Positions 11,287-23,445 of a stretch of DNA of 54,889 bases are shown in pieces. The DNA is from Rhizaria sp. SCN 62-66 (Eukaryota): the NCBI GenBank assembly GCA_001724265.1, contig MEDY01000096.1:62001-116889 (forward strand), in the 5' to 3' direction. Made by a program: the position numbers and the translations under genes. The number at the start of each line of letters is the position of its first letter. The first letter of the stretch is position 1. Under the pieces are notes generated by a model. That model made no database searches, was not told the origin of the DNA, and saw only the letters and a program-made list of their open reading frames with translations.

Positions 11287-11869
11287 ATGCAACCATCAAC
11301 CATGTATCGCCCCAGCTTAATGCTGTCTTCGCGTCTCCGCACTGGCTCCTCGCGTCTTGCGCGAGCTACGTCGTCGTTTCTGTCATACATTTCGACCAGC
11401 AGCATCAGCGCCCACAACACCCGTCCTGCTGTCACTGCTTTTCCCTCTGCTGCTTTCTCGACGGCGTCTGCTCCCAAGGCGCGCGTGCTTGAGCCGGCTG
11501 CCGAGCTCTTCACGCTGCTGCCGCAGGAAGACCCCGCGCTGATGGGGAAGCACGCCGTCAAGTCGCAGGCCGCGCGCGAGAAGGAGGAGGCCGAGCTGGA
11601 CGCGCTCGAGGCCGAGGCCGACGCCAACGCGGTCGCCCCGGGCCCCCGGGTCAACCCTGTCACCGGGGAGGTCAACGGGCCGCGCGGGCCTGAGCCCACC
11701 AGGTACGGTGGCCGAGATTTTTATGCTTGTTTTGTTTGTCAACGCTGGCTTCATTATTTTACACTGTTCTTCATGTGACGTGACTCACTCTTGCTGTGCT
11801 GCTTGTTATTCTTCATGTTTGCGTAGGTTTGGCGACTTTGAGCGCGCGGGCCGCTGCTTTGACTTCTGA
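11287..11869 (+). CDS. SDHAF4: Succinate dehydrogenase assembly factor 4 (Sdh8/DUF1674); 2 exons (start 11287 or 11302 to 11702; 11827-11869)
   Basis: Splicing intron 11703-11826 (AG|gtacgg...cgtag|G) gives the family signature [31 protein letters not shown]. The N-terminus is Ser/Arg-rich like a mitochondrial presequence. Stop is TGA. Confidence 0.92.
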
Positions 11870-12684
11870 AGTTGCATAGCGGTGCGTTTTGTGCATCTAT
11901 TTATTTATTTTCACGACTGCTCTGCATTCGTTTGCCGCTGTGAGCGCTGAAGGATTGCTGCGGGCCAGTCTCTAAAGCAAGCTCTTTGCGGATATATTAC
12001 ATAGCTCTGTGAAATATAAACGATACAATACGATAATTTCCCCTACCAGGTTTCTGAAAATACGCGCATAAATTCCCCTCAACACTGTCACGATCACTGT
12101 GGTCAGCATCTTAATCAGATTTCGTCCTCGTAGACCGAGGGCGAGCGAGGTTTCGGATGGACCGACAAAATCGAAGTCTGGTGGGAGCTGGGCTTGCTTT
12201 CGACAGTTAAAGCGGTGTTTTTCGAACCACAGACAGTGCATGAAACAACTTTACATCTACAAAACCACTTTTTATATATTGGCTATTGATTGTAGGTCTA
12301 CTGTCGACGGGAAACATCTCATTTGCCTTGTGATAAATCTTTCTTACTCCAACCCACACGCGACCACTCTCCACTCACATTTGTCTTTCGTCAACCTCTT
12401 ATCTTGCACTTTCATGACTTATCAAGACTCTTTAGCTGGATCAACTGCCGTTTTCTATAGAAACAAACTGCTCTTGTTTCTACTACTGCGCTACAGCGCC
12501 ATATATATCCCCTCAACTCTTCAGCTCCGAAAGTAGAGTTGATCTCTTCTCCCGCTTGCTTGCATTTGGCAACTGACGCCAGTCTCCCCCCACTCAGCGT
12601 CGCCTGTTCACCTCGTCGCTCCTTTCCGACGATCATCCCTGGCCTAGCGCCTCCCAGTGTCTTTGCGCCCCGCTTGTCCTCGCA

Positions 12685-15600
12685 ATGAGCGCGCCCGGAG
12701 CATCCGCAGCAGCCGTTGCTGCTGGTTCAGCGTCCCCAAGTAAGCCCCCGACTTCGCGCGTGGTGTTCCACGCCAGCTCCGCCAACGCTTCCTTCTCTGC
12801 CGCCGCGCCTTTTTCTGCCGCACCGTCGACCTCCGCGCCGCCGCCGCCGCAGCAGCCGCAGCCGCGCGCGACCAACATCAGCACCAGCGCGCCCACTACC
12901 GCGGCCGCGTCTTCCTTCTCCGCGACCGCTATCTCGGCCGCCTTCTCGGCCTCTCTCGCCAAGATGCCCTCCGAGGCGGCTCAGCTTGCGTTCTGGCAGA
13001 AGTATCTCGACAGCACGGACGCGCAGCAGGACGCGCTCGCGGCGTCGCCCGCCTTCATCGCGCACGTCTGGGGCGGCGTCCCCGAGCCTCTCCGCGCGCG
13101 CGTGTGGCAGCAAGTGCGCGGCGTGCCCCCCACGCAGTACACCGTCGACGACGCGCGCTTGCCCGCATCTTTTATTGCGGACCTCGACGCCGAGATCATG
13201 TGCGCACAGGCGTGTCCTGCCCTGCCCGAGCCCATCGCGGACCAGGAGCAGGAGCTCGTTCGCACCGTGCTCAAGATCGACGCGGGCGTCTTCGCGCGCA
13301 CCGCGCCGCCGCCGGGCTCGGTCCAGCTGCTGCAGCGCATCTCCCCCGTTACCAAGACCGTGTCGGCGACGCTCTATGTGCACCAGGCGCTAGCGCACCG
13401 CATGGCGCGTTTGCGGCCAACGCCGGCTCGCCCCGCCACGGCCGGCGCCAACGCCGCGGGCTCCGCGACAGGCTCCGCCGCCGGTGTTGCTGGTAATGCT
13501 GCTGGCGCTGGCGCTGGTGCGAGTTCTGCGGGTGCCGGTGCTGCGGGCGGCGGGTCGCAGCCCAGCGGCGGCAACGTGGCTTCCCGCAACAGCAACAACA
13601 GCAGCTCCAGTAGCAGCAGTGCGTCGTCGTCCTGCTTTGGCTCTGCGACCGGCTCCGCCAAGGACTCCGCCGCGACCAGCGCTGCGATCTCTGCCAGTTC
13701 TGCCAGCTCCGCGGTGCGCCAGGCAGGCGGCATTCCTGAGTGTGCGCTGGCACTGGCGGACGCCGTGGCCACGTGGGACCCCGCGCTCGCGGCGCGCATG
13801 CAGCGGGCGGGGCTCGACGCGCACGACCTTCACACGCTCACGCGCGAGTGGGCGCTGCCGCTCTTTGCCTCGGCGTACCCGGCGCCCGTTGTGCTGCGCG
13901 CTCTCGACATCGCGCTGCTCGACCCGCGCGGCCCGCACGCCGTCTCGCTGCTGCTGTACGGACTGCTCAAGCTCGTCGAGGCAACCTCACCCGCGGTCGC
14001 TGCGGCGTCATTGTCGTCGTCGCCTGCGGCGGCCAAGGTGGTGGCGGGCGCGGACGGCGGCGCGGGTAATAACCCCGAGGCTGAGAGCAAGACTGACTCC
14101 GCCTCTGCCGCCTCCGCTGCTGCTGCTGCTGCCGCCGCTGCGAGCGCGGCCGGCGCCGGCGCGGGCTTAGTCTCCGGCGCGAGCTTCCCCGGCGACGGCT
14201 CTGCCGCGGCGAGCCCCGAGGCCACGCGAAGTGCCTCGAGCGCATCCAATGCAAACTCTGTGTCTGAGCCGTCGCTGCTGTCGCACGCGCTCGTGCTCCC
14301 GTCGCGCCTGCTCGCGCTCTCGGCCTCGGACGCGGCCGCGGCGGCGACTGCGGCCGTCGCCGTGACCTTCGCCACGCTGCGTTCGCGCGACCGCGAGTGG
14401 TGGGCGATGCTGCTGCGCAAGGACTGGACGACCACGCTCGCGCGCTCGGGCCCCGCGCTGTTAACCGTCGTCCCAGGGGTCGGGTCCGCAGTCGCCGCGC
14501 CCGCGGAGACGCCCGCGCAGCGCGAGGCGCGGCTCGTGGGGCAGATCGCGTACCTGCAGCGACTTATCGTTGCCTTCATGCGCGCGCGCCGGGCTGCCGC
14601 GGAGGAAAAGGCCCGCGCTCTCGCACAGGTATGTCAACTCTACTAAATGCGAGATATATCCAATTATATAAGCGCTATTGGAAGAGTTCTTTAATCTATT
14701 TGTTTTCTAACCTATTGTATATCCACATATCATCAATTTATATTAAATCGTACTTTTCTTCATGTATTCATGTTCATTATTCTTTAGGCCGAGGCCGAGG
14801 CCGAGTCGCGCAAGGCGATGCGGCGCCTCGTCGCACTGGCGGCCGAGCACACGCCCGCTGCGCGCGACCTGGTCGAGACCATGGAGCGCCTTGGTGCACA
14901 GCTCGCTGAGATCGAACGCGAAGTCTTCAACAACGCCCACCATAACACCAGTCACAGCTCAAGCTCGAGCTCGAGCTCGAGCAGCTCCACGGCGTCGAGC
15001 GCGTCTAGTACCTCTGGGTCAGGCGTTCTGGGCGTCTCCGCGGCCCTGTCGGACGCATTCGCGGCGACGCGTGCGCTGTTTGACCGCCTGCAAACGTCGC
15101 TGGGCAGCGCGCTCGTCGCCGACACACCGGTCAACGGCGCCGGGCTGTTCGCCAAGTTCGACATCACGCCGGCCGGCGCGGGCGCGGACGCGGGCGGGCT
15201 GAACCCCGACGGCACGCCTAATACTGCCGGTGCAGGGACCGGCGCGAACGAGCTGGCCGGCAGCTTCGGGCTCGGGCTTGGCGGCGGCAGGCCTGTGTTC
15301 CTCAAGTCGCCGCCGCCGACGGGGCTGATTAAGTTCGGCGAGCTGGCGTCATACCTGGAGCTGCCGTGCGCGCACATGGAGGGCTACCTCCGCAAGGCGC
15401 GCATGCCCAAGCCCGGACAGGACATCACGGTCGTCGCGCGGCGGTACTTCGTGCTCTACGGCCCGTTCCTGACGCACTTCAAAACCCACTCAGACCGCAC
15501 GCCGAGTAAGAACATTGCCGTCGACCTGCGCGGGCGCACCATCGCGATGATTGACCGCCACCCGCTGGGCGAGTTCGGCATCGAGGTGTGCACGCGCAAG

Positions 15601-15696
15601 CAGACGACGCTGTATTTGCTGTTTGCGGATAGCGAGATGGAGCGGCGTAAGTGGGTCATGACCATCGCCGCTGTCGCGCGCCTGCCCCCCGGCTGA
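12685..15696 (+). CDS. Degenerate TBC (Rab-GAP) domain + coiled coil + C-terminal PH domain protein; 2 exons (12685-14628, 14788-15696), ~950 aa
   Basis: TBC motifs GVPEPLRARVWQ and WDPALAARM...EWALPLFASAYPAPVVLRALD; PH motifs EGYLRK...RRYFVL...LFADSEMERRKWV. Phase-0 intron 14629-14787 (CAG|gtatgt...tttag|GCC). Stop is TGA. Confidence 0.8.
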
Positions 15697-16009
15697 ATGC
15701 GTTTGTTTGCGCATATGCAATGCATCGTTGTGGGTTAATGTTGTAATATGAATGAAATCTTTAAACCCTTTTTACTTTTGAAGGATTTGTGTTCTCTGTT
15801 TCTTTGTCTTTTGTTTCCTACGACTGTGTTGTAGGGCCCATGATGCACCAGCAGCAGTCAATAATAGTAATAAAGCAAATTAACATTGTTATCTTTGGTT
15901 GTGCAATAATTGAAAATCACGGTGTATTATCTATTGTCTTAACTAAGTATTGATTCGTAATCTAAGTATTATTGTTCTTGATAAACGTTGGAAGCACAAA
16001 ACGAGCTGT

Positions 16010-18961
16010 TTAGACGTAGACCGCAACGGTGCCAGGCACAAGCGCTGCGACAATGGCCAGCGCCGCGGGAACGTCGCAGCCTAGCCCCACAGCGATCAGC
16101 GCCGCGTCCACGCCCACCGACGACGACGGGTGACCGTGAGTCCCGCAGTCACACGCAGAGTCACCGTGCGCATCGCGACTGCCGCCGTGAGTGTGAACCG
16201 CGTGTGAGTGAAGGCTGGAGCGACTGTGCGTACGCAGCAGCCGACGCAGCGCGCGCGTGCGTACCCAGGGCAGCAGGCGCGCGGCCTGCGCCTGTGAGCT
16301 GTGCTGCTGCTGTTGCTGCTGCAGTGGCTCTTGTTTCGGCGACTGCGCCCGCGACAGCGGCTGTGAGCTCTGTGCCTGGGTCGATGCCTGCGACGGTGGT
16401 TGAGGCTGTGTTTGCAGCTGTGGAGTGACAGTCGTCTCGTGGTCGGTGACTGTGGGCACAAGAGGGCTGGAGAACGGGTTGTCCGAAGCCCATAGCACGC
16501 CGCCGCCAGCCGCAACACTCGGACTCTGGTGACTCTGATTCTGCGTCCCAGACTGGCCTTGCGCTTGCTGCTGGTGTTGCGCAACTTGCGCGTAAAAGGG
16601 CGCGCAGTCGCGGCCGACGAAGGACACGAGTGAGCGCGTGCCCACCCACAGCGGCGGCTCTAAGTGTCCGCCGTCTAAGTGCTGCGTCCGGTTGGCGTCG
16701 TCGAAGGGGCTCAGCGCGGGCTTCGCGGCGACGCCGGCCGCCGACAGACTGCCTGCGATCTCCCACGCAGTCGATACCACGGCCAGACTGGTGGCTGCTG
16801 TCTCATTCTCACTCTCAGATTCGGGCTCTGGTGACGCTTCGGTGTCGGACCCAGCGTCAAACGACGGGGCGTAGATGGTTGACGACAGAGCCAATGCATC
16901 GCCCCAGTCGTCGTTAGAGCCCTTCTCGCGACCATTTGAAGTGCTTTCTGGGGGCAAACAAGCGGCGAACACGGCTTCGTCGTCAAACATGTCGGGGTCA
17001 AGCTCACAGTCACTCCGCTGCTCACAGTCACTCTGGCTCGCATCGCCATCGCAGTGCTCACAGTCACTGTTTTCACCCCGCTCACAGTCACCCCCGCTGT
17101 CGCCACGTTCTCCTGCGCTGTCAGTAATTGCGAGTAGCAGCAGCACGCGCTGCACGAGCACGCCGTGCGCCAGCGCCATGCGCACCGCGCGTAGCACACT
17201 CGCGTCATCCCACAGCGGCAAAACACGCCCAGTCGCAGTCGAGTCGCTAGACGCAGATGCGGATATTGATGCAGCACGGACAGCCTCGGCGTGGCGCGCG
17301 GCGGCGACGGCGGCGGCGAGCGACACGCCTGCGGCCGGGGCCGGCGAGAGGGCATGCGCGATCGACGGCGACAGTGGCGACAGAGACGGACTGAGGGCGG
17401 CGGCGGCGGCAGTTGCGCTGTCAGTGGCGGAAGCGGCCGGCTGCGGATGTTGCGAGCCGGTCTCTGATCCGCTGACGCTGCTAGTAGCATTCGCAGCTGC
17501 TGCTGAACTCACGTTGCTTGAGTTGATGCCGTTCGCTGCGACACCAGCGTTCACAGCAGGTACTGCAGTTGCCGTTGAAGCTGCAGCAGACGCAGCGGGA
17601 GCAGCAGAAGTAGTCGTTGCAGGTGCACTCAATGCCGCCGCTGTCAGAGTTTGCTGTGGTAAAGGCGCAAATGAGGCCAAGAAGCCCGCCAACGCGTGCA
17701 CACACCGTGCGCCAACGCTGTTTAGCGTATTGATGCTAGTGTTATTGGCATCATTGTTGGTATTGTTGTTGTTGCTAGAGAGCAAGTGAGGCCACACATG
17801 GGCGGCAGCGCGGGCAAGCCACCGCGGGTCGCCCAACGCGCCCAACAGCCCCGGCCCATGCTGCTGCTGCTGCTGCTGTAGCGTGGCAGGATGAGCGTTT
17901 GTGTGTGCTCTCGTGTGGCTGGGTCCTGGGGCCGGTGCAAGGACCGAGGCTGCGTGCAGCGGTGGCAGCAAGGCCAGCGCGCCAATGGAGGTCAGGTGAC
18001 GCACGGCGGCGGCCACGACGCGGGGACCGAGCGAGGCGCGGTGCGCGAGCACGGCCAGCGGAGCTGCGTCATCGACCTGCAGTGATAGGAGAGCAGTGCA
18101 CAAAATAGAGAAGGATAGATATTTTGACAATATGAGCGCAAATGAAGAAATGCATACGCAATTCAATATTTAAACATCACATAAAACGCCATATCATAAA
18201 TACAACGACGTTGGGATCAAGTTGATCGAGAAATGACATGTCATTGCGGAGTGAGCAACTGGACGGACCTGAGTGGCGACCGCGGCGACGATGGGGTCGA
18301 GCACGGCGGCCGAGAGCCTGGCGAAGGGCGCGAGCCGCACGGGAACGAGCGACGACAGCAGCCGCGGCATGGCGGGCGCGCGCGCGGGCGGGAGCTTGAT
18401 CGAGAGCGACTGCGATGACCGAAGTGTGATGGTGCACGTGCCGCGGCGCGCGAGTTGCGTGTGGATCTCGAAGCAGAGCCGCGACAGGAGCGCCAAGCGC
18501 GCGGGCGACGCAGTGGGTTGCAGCGGGCGGCCCTTGACGTGACCCTCAAGCAGCTGGTGGTCCAGCTCGACCATCTCGAGCCAGGCGGCAACTTTGCACA
18601 ACGCCGCTTGCAGTGCACGCATCGGCGCGGCGCGACCGGCGCAGGCCGAGGGGACTACGAAGCCGACGTTGAAGTAGAACGAGTTGCGTGCGTACCGATC
18701 GTGCCAGATTTGAATAGGAAAGGAAAGCAGCGTCACGCCAGCGCCAAGGACGTCGACAGAGATAGCATTGTGGGAGAGCTCGGAGCCGGCAAAGAGGAAG
18801 TCACTCACAGCTTCGAACTGCTCGCCAGTCAACAGCCCAGGTGGGTGCTGTGTCACTAGCTTTGGTCCAACAACAATATCAAATTCTGAAAAATATACCC
18901 CGAGTAGTGGCACGTGGTCTTCGTCATGTTCAAAGCCAAGCAACGTTGAAAACGTGCTCAT
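16010..18961 (-). CDS. NPRL2: GATOR1/SEACIT subunit NPR2/NPRL2; 2 exons (18269-18961, 16010-18076), ~919 aa with long low-complexity inserts
   Basis: Longin-domain signature VYFSEFDIVVGPKLVTQHP and FPIQIWHDRYARNSFYFNVGFV, plus KVAAWLEMVEL. Phase-0 intron 18077-18268 (CAG|gtccgt...tgcag|GTC). Stop is TAA. Confidence 0.88.
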
Positions 18962-19256
18962 TGCTTCAAGGCAAGTCACTACAGGACAACATGAACAATG
19001 AAAGCTGGTGATCAGGTCGAGTGGCACAGTTAAGGGACGATATTGCACGATATTGCAAAAACACTTTGTGTATTTGGGATAAAGCAAACAGATAGATGAT
19101 GATAAGCTACATTACTCTATAAGAAATAGAGTCCGCTGCGTTTGTGTGTACAAAACACCACCCCCAGCCCCCGATTAATCAAACAGTCTCAGTCATGCGG
19201 CGTTGCAATCATTCGCAGCATGTGGACGCGTCAATCCTCACTATTTTACGTCCAAT

Positions 19257-20238
19257 TTAGAACTTCTTGGCAGTCTTGGCCTTCTTGAGCTCCTCAACAG
19301 CGCAAGTCTTGAAGCACTTCTTGTCCTTCTTGCACTTGGTGGTGCAGGTCTTCTTGACGGCAGCCGGGAGGGGCTTCTTGCCCTTCTTGCCGTCCCTTGG
19401 CAGCAGCCTTCTTCTTAGGGTCAGCCTTCTTGCCAGCAGCGGGAGCCTCCTTCTGGGCAGGGACGGCCGCGGGGGGCTTCTCGCCACGGAGGTGCATGAT
19501 CTCGCCCTGGATCTTGGCGATCGTGTTGGCGATCTTCTTGCGGTTGTTCTCGAAGGCGTCCTGCTGAGCCTTGATGGACTCAAGCTTGCCCTGGACCATC
19601 TTGAGGTCGCCGGAGGCGTCCTGGAGGCGGTCAGCGAGCTGTTCCTGGATCTGCGCGTTGCGGATCTGGCGCTTCTTCTTGATGAGCTCCTTGATGTCCT
19701 TGCGGATCTTGGCGAGGTTCTTCTTGACGTTCTTGACCTTCTTCTTGTACTCGACGACGATCTTCTCGACCTCCTTAACCCAGTTGGACTCGCGCTGAGC
19801 CTCACGGAGCTTGGCCATGATGTCCTCCTTGACGGCGGTCATCGCAGCAGCAAGCTTCTTGAGCTTGCCCTGGTCGGCGCCCGCGGTGGCGTCGGCGGTG
19901 GCAGCAGCACCGGACTCGAGGAGAGAGTGCTCAGACTCGAAGGCGGCCTGCGAAGTCGCCTGCTGCGCCTGGAGCTGCTTGAGCTGGGCGAGCTGGGCCT
20001 CGAAGTTAGCGAGGCGGTCCTATGAGAGAGCGAATGGCAAGCAATCAGTCAAACGTCAGGGGGAAGTGAGCATGGGAAAAGGTGGCGAAAAGGCAGAGAG
20101 GGGAGAGTCGAGCAGGCAAGAATGAGAGAGGGGGAGCAAGAAGGGGAAAAGTACCTCCTGGGACACAGCAACGTCAGCCGCGAACGCAACAGACAGAAGC
20201 GCGACAAACACAGCCATAATGGCAGCAGTCCACTTCAT
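19257..20238 (-). CDS. Secreted Lys-rich coiled-coil protein (signal peptide, coiled coil, Cys/Lys tail); exons 20155-20238 and 19257-20019 with an apparent 1-nt frameshift at 19394-19396, ~281 aa
   Basis: Signal peptide MKWTAAIMAVFVALLSVAFA; intron 20020-20154 (GAG|gtactt...catag|GAC); nearly all codons end in G/C. That bias continues in the shifted frame after AAG-G-GAC, up to TAA 19257-19259. Confidence 0.8.
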
Positions 20239-20870
20239 TTCAACCACTACAAACGGCGAGGAGAGTCAAGACAAGAGAGGAAGAGGGGGGTGGCAACAAG
20301 GAGACAAAGGAATGAGCAAAAGTGACGTTAAATCAGGCAATATGGCGCGTCACAGCAAATGTGAATAGAATGAGAAGACGCAAAATCCTTCTAAAAAAGT
20401 CACACATGAACTCAGTTTCAAGGAGACCCTCGTTTACTGGCAGCACGATCGAAACAAAGTTGGCTCAAAAGGAAGGTCGACCTGTGAGGCGAGCTTTTGG
20501 GCCCTGGCGGCTTAACCTAAAATGCGCCTCTTCTTCTCACTGGCAGGGTCGAAAAATATCTCAGCCACAAAAACTTTTCATTGCAAACCAGTCATCTGCT
20601 TGCACTTATTGAGATTGAGTTATCTCACTCTCAAATCGTCATTACGAGAATCTATTGGTACCTTACTAATGACACGTACGATAAGTATTTGGATTTTTGT
20701 TTATATCTTTAGCCCTTTTGATTTTGTGTCGTAGGTCTTCTATCGGCGATTTGACTCACCCACTGCCTCTTGCTTCAAGTGCATTTTGACTTGCCTTTCA
20801 GCTTACCAGCCCCTTCAGGTGTCTGCATACAACATTTGGCGCGACCCCATTTTAATTGCAGCAAAACAAC

Positions 20871-23126
20871 ATGGACATTGCGTCATTGCTGTCCCTCAGC
20901 GGATCCATGTCTGCCGCTGCAGGATACGTCTCGACCCGTTCGTGCCTCGCCCTGTGCCACTTCTGTGACTGCCCACAGCTCTTCCCACTCCCAGCGACTC
21001 TTTTCCCCACGCCGCCGCTGCAGCGCCGCGCATCCGCCGCGGCTTCCGTCCCCGCACTGCCCGCACGCCTTGTTGTGCTGACATGCCCGGAGTGCTCGCG
21101 CCCCTGCGAAGCCGACGTCAGCATCGCCCCCGCAGAGGGCGCCACCCACGAGAACCCCGGCGACCTGCCCGCAACGGCGGCCGCGTCGGCTCCAGCTGCC
21201 GCGGTGGCAGCGTCACGAAGCGCTGCGTCCACCAGCTTGCCTTCTGCTAACAGCCCTGCATCCACCGGTGCACGTGCGCCGGTGACACCGGCGACCGGCG
21301 GCCCCGCGGGAGGGCCTGTTGACTGGCTATCGTCTCTGCTGGGTCTCCCCACCGCCGCCACTGGCGCCGCGGATGCTGACGCAGCTGATGCGAACCCTGC
21401 GAGCGCGTTTGCCATGCCTAACGCTGGCGCTGGCGGTGCAGCTGTAGGAGATGCGGGGGCAGCGCGTGCGATGATGATGGCGCTGTTGCAGGCCAGTCTG
21501 CTGCGCGGTGTCGCCCACGGCCCCGACGACGACGACGACGACGACGACGAAAACAACAACAACAACAACGGCTATGACGACGACGAAGAGCAGGAGGAGG
21601 AGCAGGAGGAGCACGAGTACGACCTCGCTGCCGGCGACCGCCCCAGTCGCGCCCGCCGCAACGGCAACGGCAACGGTAGTGGCAGTGCGGCCCGGAGCGA
21701 GACCGCAGAACTCGCCGCGCGCGCTGCGTCGGGCGGCGCTGCCCCGCGCGGCGCGGGTTCTCTCCTGGCGATGGCGCGCGCGCAGGCCGGGCTGTCGCTG
21801 GAACAGATCATGGAGCGTCTGTCGCAGCAAGAGGACCGGAGGCCCGCGCACAAGGGTTTCGTCGCAGATCTGCTCGCGTCGGCGCGCGCGGTGCGCGAGA
21901 GCGACTGCTACGAGCTGCTACTTGCCGTCGAGGGGCTTGGCAGGCTGCTGAAGCTCGAGCCCGCCGCGTTTGGCGAATCACCCTACCCCGCAACCGCAAC
22001 GGCCCCTGACAACGCCAACACTGACGACAACTCCACTGGCAATGCGACTGCCGGCTCTGCGAGCTCTAGCTTCAATGGGACTGCAAAGACTGTCGCGGGC
22101 ACTGTGCGTGCGGGCGCGGGCGACGTCGTCGTTGCCGAGTGCGCGCTCGCCGTTCCCCGCGTCGCTACAATGGCCGGCCTCGGCCCGCGCCCTGCTCTGG
22201 CGCTGCCTTCCGCCGCCGCACTCAACGCGCACGCTCTACAGCTACTGCAACAGCAGCATTATCACGCGCCAACTTCTCCATCGAGCCACCACACGTGCGT
22301 GTTGGCTATGCGTGGCGGTGTGTCATTTGCAGCCAAGGCCATCGCGACCTCTTCACTCACAGTCACTCCTCTCTGTTCTGACTCCACATCAAGCTCTGCC
22401 TCTGGCTCTAATGCGCCGAGGCCCGGCGTCCCGTCGGTGCTGCTCGTGTGCCAGGACTCCGCGCTGTGGCCGTACACAATGACCGACTCCACCGGCGACT
22501 GGGCGAAGCACCGTAGCGTCGTCGCCTCCACTAACAGCAGCAACAGCAGCAACAGCACTATGTCTCACCGTGCGAACCACGGCGAAGTGCTGTGCGTGAT
22601 GCTGCAGCGTGACGATGGACTCGCGCTCGCGCGTCACGTGCGCGACCTCTCCCTCGCCGCCGCGGCCGCGCCCACCGCCGCCTCCGCCGCCGCGAACGGC
22701 GCCAGCGACCCCATCACCGCCGCGTTCGCCACGCTGACCGCGGGATCCGCTGTCAACGCTGCTGTTGCACCGGCTCCGGCAGTCGTGGTGACGCCGGTGC
22801 GCGTTGCCGTGCTTCGGCGGCCGCGCGCGAGCATGTGCGCAGTGTGCCAGGATGAGTTTGCGCTCAATCAACAACCGAACGACATCAAAGGCGCAGAAAA
22901 TAACGCAGCAACTGCGCCGACGGGTGATGCTGACGACGCTGACCAGAGTCAGTTCGTGTCGCTGCCGTGCGGTCACCGGTTCCACCCGTCGTGCATCGCG
23001 CCGTGGCTGCAGCGGCAGCACACGTGTCCGCTGTGCCGCCACGAGCTGCCGCGGCGGGAACGCAAGGCGCGGGCACCGACGGTCAACGCGGACCTGCAGT
23101 CGTACCGCAGCAACATGTTCTGCTAA
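20871..23126 (+). CDS. E3 ubiquitin ligase: N-terminal Zn ribbon (RNF115/126-like), PA-like domain, C-terminal RING-H2; ~751 aa
   Basis: CHFC...CPEC at the N-terminus; PA-like motifs VLAMRGGVSFAAKA, WPYTMTDS, CVMLQRDDGLAL; RING-H2 CAVCQDEF...LPCGHRFHPSCIAPWLQRQHTCPLCR. Stop is TAA. Confidence 0.88.
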   Translation: MDIASLLSLSGSMSAAAGYVSTRSCLALCHFCDCPQLFPLPATLFPTPPLQRRASAAASVPALPARLVVLTCPECSRPCEADVSIAPAEGATHENPGDLPATAAASAPAAAVAASRSAASTSLPSANSPASTGARAPVTPATGGPAGGPVDWLSSLLGLPTAATGAADADAADANPASAFAMPNAGAGGAAVGDAGAARAMMMALLQASLLRGVAHGPDDDDDDDDENNNNNNGYDDDEEQEEEQEEHEYDLAAGDRPSRARRNGNGNGSGSAARSETAELAARAASGGAAPRGAGSLLAMARAQAGLSLEQIMERLSQQEDRRPAHKGFVADLLASARAVRESDCYELLLAVEGLGRLLKLEPAAFGESPYPATATAPDNANTDDNSTGNATAGSASSSFNGTAKTVAGTVRAGAGDVVVAECALAVPRVATMAGLGPRPALALPSAAALNAHALQLLQQQHYHAPTSPSSHHTCVLAMRGGVSFAAKAIATSSLTVTPLCSDSTSSSASGSNAPRPGVPSVLLVCQDSALWPYTMTDSTGDWAKHRSVVASTNSSNSSNSTMSHRANHGEVLCVMLQRDDGLALARHVRDLSLAAAAAPTAASAAANGASDPITAAFATLTAGSAVNAAVAPAPAVVVTPVRVAVLRRPRASMCAVCQDEFALNQQPNDIKGAENNAATAPTGDADDADQSQFVSLPCGHRFHPSCIAPWLQRQHTCPLCRHELPRRERKARAPTVNADLQSYRSNMFC
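21525..21569 (+). repeat. Coding trinucleotide microsatellites (GAC)n then (AAC)n, giving poly-Asp and poly-Asn
   Basis: Visible directly in the RING gene (DDDDDDDDENNNNNN). Confidence 0.9.
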
Positions 23127-23445
23127 GCCGAGCTGTAATCTCCGAATTGACTTCAATATGATACATAGTGATAGATATGTACTCGAATAACAAATAATAT
23201 AATGAATTTTAGAACTTGTTTTAATTTTCGTCGTTGTTCAATAAACTGTTTATTGTAATGATATACGTGAATCGTATCACCGCTAGTTCTAGGTTCAATT
23301 CATGAAGTAAAGAATATTCGCAATCGTGAAGAGGAAAGAGGTATTCAAGGATTTCGCGTCTCGTTATGTCAAAAATTGAAGAGGAAATTAAACTGTGTGA
23401 AAAAAAGCCACCACAGGTAATATCGAAGATCTTGAAATAAAAGAG

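Noticed and set aside
11870-12684. Short ORFs in AT-rich spacers (also 1919-2539, 20322-20734, 32667-33483)
   Set aside because: No codon bias or motifs; consistent with UTR and promoter DNA.
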